From: Candidatus Saccharimonadota bacterium
Lineage (GTDB): Bacteria; Patescibacteriota; Gracilibacteria; UBA1369; 2-02-FULL-48-14
DNA: 32,000 nt
Direction of reading: 5' to 3'
Assembly: GCA_041661045.1 (NCBI GenBank)
Contig: JBAZVE010000001.1
Span: forward strand, 1,020,001-1,052,000
Every line of letters starts with the position of its first letter. Position 1 is the first letter of the stretch. Below the pieces are notes generated by a model. It was given only the letters and a program-made list of their open reading frames with translations, had not been told where the DNA came from and searched no databases. Below, in pieces: positions 26,821-32,000 of the stretch. Position numbers and translations under genes: made by a program.

Positions 26821-27254
26821 GTGCGTACCGCCAGAACTCTTCTTCTCATTGTTTCCATGAGATCTTTTGGATTTTCTCTTAGAGGTCCCCACTCTTTTAT
26901 AAACTTAGGATCTCCAAAATCATTTTTGTTTGGGTCTAGGGGTATGACTCTTACTCCTAAACGAGTTCCTCTTTCAACACGGTGTTGGATAAGGCTTATT
27001 CCATCATCTATTACAAGGACATAGCTCGGTAGATAAATTCCGCCGTTTTCTACCGCATCGAGGATGGCATCCACTTGAGCGGGGTGTGCCACAAACAGAT
27101 CCCCATCAATACGACCTACGCCTCCGCCTTTTCCCCTTACAAAAAGAGTACCTTCTACCGGAGAAAAAGTTTCAAATATAGGATTATTTTCTATCCTGGG
27201 GGGGAATGTGCCTTGGGGAAGGCCTGTGCGTTCTGTATTTTGATCCAATCTCAT
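26817..27254 (-). CDS. Hypothetical protein (145 aa)
   Basis: Clean ORF with a protein-like sequence (…GKGGGVGRIDGDLFVAHPAQVDAILDAVENGGIYLPSYVLVIDDG…). Its stop codon overlaps the stop of the convergent giant ORF. No family recognised. Confidence 0.5.
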   Translation of the reverse strand: MRLDQNTERTGLPQGTFPPRIENNPIFETFSPVEGTLFVRGKGGGVGRIDGDLFVAHPAQVDAILDAVENGGIYLPSYVLVIDDGISLIQHRVERGTRLGVRVIPLDPNKNDFGDPKFIKEWGPLRENPKDLMETMRRRVLAVRT

Positions 27255-27261
27255 GTTGATT

Positions 27262-27290
27262 TTATAAATATTAAAGAAGGTTTTTTACAA
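27262..27290 (-). promoter_or_regulatory. Candidate promoter for the 145-aa gene (leader would be very short or absent)
   Basis: The minus strand reads TTGTAA (27290..27285), a 17-nt spacer, then TTATAA (27267..27262), 7 nt upstream of ATG 27254. The context is AT-rich, so the false-positive risk is high. Confidence 0.25.
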
Positions 27291-27339
27291 TATAGGTTGT
27301 TCTTTTTTTTGTCTAGACTCCTCCGCAAAAATATCAATG

Positions 27340-27402
27340 GTTCGTAAAAACACATGTGCGCACGCACAGATTTTCCCTCGATTTGTGGCTTAAGCAAGCC
27401 AT
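27340..27402 (-). repeat. Right copy of the 63-bp imperfect inverted repeat
   Basis: The reverse complement is atggcttgcttaagccacaaatcgagggaaaatctgtgcgtgcgcacatgtgtttttacgaac, identical to 18471..18533 at 57/63 positions. It is intergenic, 6 nt after the stop of the 233-aa gene and 85 nt upstream of ATG 27254. Confidence 0.85.
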
Positions 27403-27408
27403 CTCCAT

Positions 27409-28110
27409 TTACGCATCTTTTTCACCTTTTTTCCTGTCGACGCAAGCTAGTGCGAATTGACTCTCACTTGTGGAGGGGCTACTAGAAGTGTGCCACTGAG
27501 GATCATAACCTCTATCGGTTGGAGATCTTGGCGAAACAAGCGTTAAAACTCGCCCATCCAGATAAAAAAACTGATGACCAACTTCTCTATTGCGGCGAGA
27601 ACTGGGTGGATCAAAGGTGCTATAATCTTCTGGATCTAGGGCCTCAAAAATACGACGAAGCCTTTCATCGACGAGTTGAATCGGGGAATAATTATAAGGT
27701 GAGTATTCATCTCCCTGTAGTTTTTTTGCAATACCCAAGGCCTCTTCAGGATCAGAGAAAACTTGCACCACTACCCTATCTGTTCTAGTTTCATCCCAAC
27801 GGCTATAACGAAGGAGCCCCCTATAGTTTGCTGTACAGCCCTCTATCATTCTGGGCTCACCGAGAACCTGCGCTAGGCCCTCCATTTTCCCCTGCAAAAT
27901 CTCAGGTTCATCACAAATTCCAAAACTTGGACAGGAGAATAAATCCATATACCTATATACATGGGAAATTTCTTCACGAACATCTAAAGCCACACGAAGG
28001 GCAAGCAAATCAAAACCCCCCTCCTTAAATCGCTGGGCCATCTCATCCACTAGCTCCTGAGGAAGTCGACCTTGATCAGTCAATGAGCTTGTCGTATCTA
28101 AATCTAACAT
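27409..28110 (-). CDS. Hypothetical protein (233 aa)
   Basis: Clean ORF with balanced composition and a Ser/Pro-rich C-terminal tail (…HTSSSPSTSESQ…). No family recognised. Confidence 0.5.
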   Translation of the reverse strand: MLDLDTTSSLTDQGRLPQELVDEMAQRFKEGGFDLLALRVALDVREEISHVYRYMDLFSCPSFGICDEPEILQGKMEGLAQVLGEPRMIEGCTANYRGLLRYSRWDETRTDRVVVQVFSDPEEALGIAKKLQGDEYSPYNYSPIQLVDERLRRIFEALDPEDYSTFDPPSSRRNREVGHQFFYLDGRVLTLVSPRSPTDRGYDPQWHTSSSPSTSESQFALACVDRKKGEKDA

Positions 28111-28238
28111 AGCTTTAGAGAAGTGTATAAGGACACAAGGTAAAATACCTTTTATGTATTGTCAATAGTGCGTGGGATGGTGCCTGGTGCGGCTTCTCCG
28201 CCTTGCCAAGCCCCGGGGCATTGTGAGAAAGTCGGGGC

Positions 28239-28718
28239 ATGCGCGATCAAGTGTGGTTACAGGGGCAGTTGGATTTTCTTCTGGAGAAGCATTTTTCGGA
28301 TATGGAGAGGCCGAATAGGATTACGATTCAGTTTGGGCGGAAGGCGCAGCGGAGGCTGGGGTCTATTCGAATGAGTCGGGATAAAAAGAGAAGCAGCATT
28401 ATTATCAATGGGATTTTTCGACAGTTGGAGGTGCCAGAGGAGGTGGTGCGGGCCACGATTGCGCATGAGCTTTGCCACTATGCGCATGGGTTTTGTTCAC
28501 CCTTGGAGCAGAAATATAAAAGTCCGCACGCGGGGCAGGTGATTGAACGGGAACTTCGAAAAAGAGATTTGGAACTGTTTCATCGCTTCGAAAAAGAGTG
28601 GACAAAGGCGCATTGGCCTAAAATCCTTGCGAATGAGTTTGGGGCGAGGGCGCAGCGGACTATAAGGCGTCGTTCAAAGCCTTCAGCCATTCGTCTTCTT
28701 CGACGACTGTTTCGCTGA
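28239..28718 (+). CDS. SprT-like / HExxH zinc-metallopeptidase-fold protein (159 aa)
   Basis: ITIQFGRKAQRRLGSIRMS...SIIINGIF...VVRATIAHELCHYAHG matches the SprT-like layout: an RxxG segment, a short hydrophobic strand, then HExxH. The Arg-rich C-terminus overlaps the convergent peptidase gene by 59 nt. Confidence 0.5.
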   Translation: MRDQVWLQGQLDFLLEKHFSDMERPNRITIQFGRKAQRRLGSIRMSRDKKRSSIIINGIFRQLEVPEEVVRATIAHELCHYAHGFCSPLEQKYKSPHAGQVIERELRKRDLELFHRFEKEWTKAHWPKILANEFGARAQRTIRRRSKPSAIRLLRRLFR

Positions 28719-30327
28719 GCACAATGTCCGGGGTCACGCCAACGCCTTGCACGGAGTTTCCTTGAGAGGAAAGCCAATGGGCAATGGTGAGTTTGAGCAG
28801 GGAGCCATCCCAGTAAGTGATGATTTCCTGTGCGGAACCTTTCCCAAAAGTTTGAGTTCCGATCACGGTGGCTCCGGCGACTTCCTGTAGGGTGAGGGCC
28901 AAGATCTCTGATGCGGAGGCGCTGTAGCCATTCACTAAAATGTAAACGGGAATATCTTGGTAAGGCCCCGTGTCTCCGTTCACAATGCTTTCTTCAAATC
29001 CTCCGTAGTCCAAGGAGACGAGGGGGGTGAGTTGAGGTACAAAAAGGCCCGCCACGAAATTGCTCATGTTGATGTATCCGCCGGGATTGTTGCGCAGATC
29101 CAAAATGACGGCAGAGGGATTGGGCTCTTCAGCCTCCAACTCTTGAAGGGTTTCCATCATTTCCGCGTAAATGTTGCTGCCAAAAGAATCGATGTCGATA
29201 AACCACGCATCTCCATTGTAGATTTTTCCTTTCACCAGATTCAGTGCGATTTGGGCGCGCACGAGGACATAGGAATACGACTTCCCATCTCTTTCTATGG
29301 TGATTTCCACTTCGGTTCCGGCGTTTCCTTTGATGCGAGCCAGGACTTCTTCCATGGCCATGCCCTCAATAGAGACTCCATCCACTGCCATCAACTGATC
29401 TTCGGATTTCAGGCCGGAGGCTGAGGCGGGACTGTTTTCCAAAATTTCTGCAATGAAAATCTCCAGGTTTTCCTCATCTTGCATCAAAATAACTCCGATG
29501 CCTTCGAATTCTCCTTCAAGAGCATTGCTGAATTCGCTGGCTTCCGATGCGCTGAAGTACATGCTGTACGGGTCGTTGAGACTTTCTAAAACTCCGTTCA
29601 CGGCCGCTTGGAAGAGAATTTCTTTATCAATGATGAAGCCGTCCGGAAGATAGAATTCTTCTAAAATACGATTCCAAATGTCTGCAAAAATGTCGGATTT
29701 ATAGAAATCACTGCTCACTTCTTGTGCTAAAGTGTCATTTTCCCAGCTTTCCAGCCGGTAAAGTTGATCCGCCAATTCACCGCGGGTGATGCTTTTATAG
29801 GGGCGAAAATTTTCCTCAAGACTGGTGTTCACGATTCCGATTCGGCTCGCTTGAACCAAAATGGAGTAAAAGGGGTGTTTGACTCCAATGTCATCAAAAA
29901 GTGTTTGCCGTTGGGAAGATGGAATGATGGGCGCACTCAGACCATAGGCTTTCATGGCGGTGGCTAGGGACTTCACTCGTTCCAGGGTTTTTTCTCCTTC
30001 AAAAACTTCATCTTCAATCAATTTGCTTTGAGCGGCAAATTCCGCATAAGGGGCGAACCAGGCTTCCGGGCTCACATCCGTGAAGGAGGATTTTTCTGGA
30101 ATTTCCAGGTCTTCGCCTAAAATTTTGAATAGAATCTTAAAAAATTCGGCGCGGGTGACTTTATCGTCGGGACGAAATTCCGCGGCCGGGTCCACGGCTC
30201 CAACCAGCTCTAAATAACTGATCCCATCGTAATAGGGGTGAGTGGTGGGGACATCTTCAAAGGCGGCAAAGGAAGTTTGAACGGCGAGCAAAAGACTGAA
30301 TAGAATGGCGGGTATTATTTTTTTCAT
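28660..30327 (-). CDS. S41 family C-terminal processing peptidase with three N-terminal SLH-like repeats and a PDZ domain
   Basis: 555 aa. Signal peptide MKKIIPAILFSLLLAVQTSFA. Three F.DV...(H/W)..Y......G/...TR.E repeats are present (FEDVPTTHPYYDGISYL...VTRAEFFKIL; FTDVSPEAWFAPYAEF; FDDIGVKHPFYSIL...ITRGELADQL). A PDZ-like segment is PASASGLKSEDQLMAVDG. The S41 catalytic region is VLVNGYSASASEILA...GTQTFGKGS. Confidence 0.88.
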   Translation of the reverse strand: MKKIIPAILFSLLLAVQTSFAAFEDVPTTHPYYDGISYLELVGAVDPAAEFRPDDKVTRAEFFKILFKILGEDLEIPEKSSFTDVSPEAWFAPYAEFAAQSKLIEDEVFEGEKTLERVKSLATAMKAYGLSAPIIPSSQRQTLFDDIGVKHPFYSILVQASRIGIVNTSLEENFRPYKSITRGELADQLYRLESWENDTLAQEVSSDFYKSDIFADIWNRILEEFYLPDGFIIDKEILFQAAVNGVLESLNDPYSMYFSASEASEFSNALEGEFEGIGVILMQDEENLEIFIAEILENSPASASGLKSEDQLMAVDGVSIEGMAMEEVLARIKGNAGTEVEITIERDGKSYSYVLVRAQIALNLVKGKIYNGDAWFIDIDSFGSNIYAEMMETLQELEAEEPNPSAVILDLRNNPGGYINMSNFVAGLFVPQLTPLVSLDYGGFEESIVNGDTGPYQDIPVYILVNGYSASASEILALTLQEVAGATVIGTQTFGKGSAQEIITYWDGSLLKLTIAHWLSSQGNSVQGVGVTPDIVLSETVVEEDEWLKALNDAL

Positions 30328-30388
30328 GCGGTCAAATTAACATAGGGGCCGTGCTTGTGCCAATCCTCTTTTAAAAAAGCTGAAAATT

Positions 30389-30397
30389 TGCTATAAT
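30389..30397 (+). promoter_or_regulatory. Candidate extended -10 promoter (TGcTATAAT)
   Basis: tgctataat at 30389..30397, 25 nt upstream of ATG 30423. The hexamer is a perfect -10 consensus with a TGn extension. Confidence 0.45.
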
Positions 30398-30422
30398 TAA
30401 TAGATTTAAAACAGGTTTACGA

Positions 30423-32000
30423 ATGAAGTTTTCTTCTCTCCTCAATTCGCTGCTCACCGGACTCTTTGCCGCAGGGCTTGCCTTAGCCTCTTTTGGGGCT
30501 TTCCCGAGCTCGGAATCTACGGTGATTTCCGGTGAAGATCCTTGGATTCAGCTCGAAGAGGGAAGCAGCCTTTCGCCTTGGGGCCGGGATTTGGTGAGTG
30601 TTCTTGATGGGGGGATGGTGGAATGGGCTTGGGAAGATTCAGAAAAACGGTTGCAAGGAGAGCTTCAGGCCGGTGGCCTGGTCTTTTCTACCCTTGCGGA
30701 TGATTTTAAGGTAGAGGTTCACACGGCTTTTGCTCGAGTGGAATCTCAAAACAGTTCGGCCCTCTTGCGCTTGGATGCCGAGGGGCAAAATCTGACGGTT
30801 TATGCCTTGGAGCATGCCACCCTGGTGACTTTTGTTTCGGGTGGAGAGGATTTGAACGCGCTTTTGGTGCCGTCCGGTTCCTTTATGAAGATTCCTGCCA
30901 GTAAGGTGGGGCCTTCTTTGGCACGACTTCGTCTCACCAAATTGAGCAAAGAATTTCCGGTTTTTGATATTAAAGAAGAAGAACTTATGGAGGCTGAACA
31001 AGCGGTGCTTGCACAGAGCGGAGCCTTGTATAAGGCCAGCGAGTTGGCGTTTACGGAGGATTTGCAGAAAAACAGTCACTTTGGGCCTGCGCGCGTGGGC
31101 TTGGGCTCTTTTGTGAGCCGAACATATGCCTTTTTACGGGCTTCTTTGACCTTTCTGCCCACTGCGGAAAACCGCTTGGAAGAAGTACAAAAAGAGGAAT
31201 CTTTGCAGTATGGGCTCAGCAATCTTTTGTTTGGGGAAACGGCGGTGGGCGAGGAATGGCTTTTGGAGTGGCACAATGCTCAGCCGGACACGGCAAAAGT
31301 TCAAGAGGTGTATTCCTCTTTGTTTTTTGCTCTGCCCGGGGACCCGTTGTATCCCGCCAAGGCGAGCGCGGGCACGCTTCTTTATTCTCAAGAAGATCCT
31401 TTAACGGTGCTTCGAAGGCAATTTCAGGAGATTGAATCTCTTTTGCAAGAAGGGTCTTTGGTGCAAGCGCAAACCGCGTATATAAGCTATAAAACTCAAT
31501 TTGAACAAGTTTTGGATGGAGCTCACTTGGATGATGTTTCTCGTTTGGATGAAATCACGCGAGAATACTATTTATTGGAACTTTTGCTTCGTAGTTATTC
31601 TGTTTTTTATAGCACGGATTCCATAGAGCTTTTATCGGACTTGGAGGACAAAATTCTCTTTCTTGCGGGTTCGGATACCGATTTGGATGAAGAGCGCCAA
31701 GCTTTTGTACAAAGCAAATTGCGCTATTTGGCGCATCTCTTTGAATTTGTGGTGGAAAAGAAGGTTTCCGTCTCCGATGCGGTGCCTTTGGCCAATGAAC
31801 TTTTGGCGGATGCCGAAGCTCTTTTAAGCTCCATCCATTCCGATACGGCGGTTCGGTCTTACTTTGCAGAAAAGATTGAGGATTACAAGCTCTCGGTGCA
31901 ATTCATCGATTCGCCGGAATTCTTCTCTTATGATGATTTTAATGAAGGGCTCCGTGCTTTTGAGGCCAAAGCGGAGGATCTTGAGGATTTGAACGCTTAT
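30423..32000 (+). CDS. Hypothetical secreted/membrane-anchored protein, N-terminal 526 codons (continues past the window end)
   Basis: ATG 30423 opens a frame that stays open to position 32000; it is absent from the track because it runs off the edge. It starts MKFSSLLNSLLTGLFAAGLALASFGA (signal/anchor) and is followed by a long helix-prone region. The listed minus-strand ORFs at 30639..31391 are antisense shadows. Confidence 0.65.
   Translation, partial: MKFSSLLNSLLTGLFAAGLALASFGAFPSSESTVISGEDPWIQLEEGSSLSPWGRDLVSVLDGGMVEWAWEDSEKRLQGELQAGGLVFSTLADDFKVEVHTAFARVESQNSSALLRLDAEGQNLTVYALEHATLVTFVSGGEDLNALLVPSGSFMKIPASKVGPSLARLRLTKLSKEFPVFDIKEEELMEAEQAVLAQSGALYKASELAFTEDLQKNSHFGPARVGLGSFVSRTYAFLRASLTFLPTAENRLEEVQKEESLQYGLSNLLFGETAVGEEWLLEWHNAQPDTAKVQEVYSSLFFALPGDPLYPAKASAGTLLYSQEDPLTVLRRQFQEIESLLQEGSLVQAQTAYISYKTQFEQVLDGAHLDDVSRLDEITREYYLLELLLRSYSVFYSTDSIELLSDLEDKILFLAGSDTDLDEERQAFVQSKLRYLAHLFEFVVEKKVSVSDAVPLANELLADAEALLSSIHSDTAVRSYFAEKIEDYKLSVQFIDSPEFFSYDDFNEGLRAFEAKAEDLEDLNAY

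Noticed and set aside
18454-27411. Target-site duplication flanking the 63-bp inverted repeats
   Set aside because: The only similarity is ccatttta (18455..18462, 8 nt away from the left copy) versus ccattta (27405..27411, 2 nt beyond the right copy). It differs in spacing and is not identical, so it is consistent with chance in AT-rich DNA.
28159-28374. 71-aa ORF upstream of, and overlapping, the SprT-like gene
   Set aside because: It is Gly/Arg/Trp-rich, overlaps the better-supported HExxH frame, and has no start context. It is likely spurious.
30639-31391. Minus-strand ORFs 30639..31079, 31076..31276 and 31134..31391
   Set aside because: They lie opposite a continuous plus-strand frame (30423 to the window end) that has a signal peptide and a good promoter. 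Their products are Arg/Lys/Gln-rich shadows.
1-32000. Alternative genetic code (UGA reassignment), CRISPR arrays, tRNA/rRNA genes, transposases/integrases
   Set aside because: TGA clearly terminates genes (for example 650..648 and 13242..13240), and all conserved genes are full length under the standard code. I saw no direct-repeat/spacer arrays or cloverleaf-compatible intergenic sequences. No DDE, tyrosine- or serine-recombinase motifs appear in any ORF.

Overview
Bacterial chromosomal window read with the standard code: long ORFs are intact and TGA, TAA and TAG all terminate genes. It is tightly packed and mostly minus-strand. Recognisable housekeeping genes are pyk (partial, runs off the left edge), glmS, an M24 Xaa-Pro peptidase, ruvA, tgt, rpmE, gyrA and an S41 C-terminal-processing peptidase carrying SLH repeats. 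Between them sit large envelope proteins: a 1264-aa beta-helix/thrombospondin-type-3 (TSP3) repeat protein, a 427-aa CARDB/TSP3/PKD protein, and two divergent lipoproteins. There are also many orphans. Start codons mostly lack Shine-Dalgarno sequences, and several genes have extended -10 (TGnTAnnAT) boxes 18-30 nt upstream. The style resembles small-genome uncultivated lineages, but I cannot assign taxonomy from sequence alone. The best candidate for something new is the segment 18471..27402. It is bracketed by a 63-bp imperfect inverted repeat (57/63 identical). It contains an orphan Gram-positive-type VirB4/ConE-like ATPase followed 17 nt later by a 1340-aa, visibly AT-rich ORF. That ORF has ~31-37-aa helical repeats, no TM segment and no domain I recognise. 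A sodium:solute symporter and two orphans, possibly with little or no 5' leader, complete the segment. A second orphan group (145-aa and 233-aa proteins plus an SprT-like HExxH protein) adjoins it. I found no rRNA, tRNA, CRISPR array, transposase or integrase.
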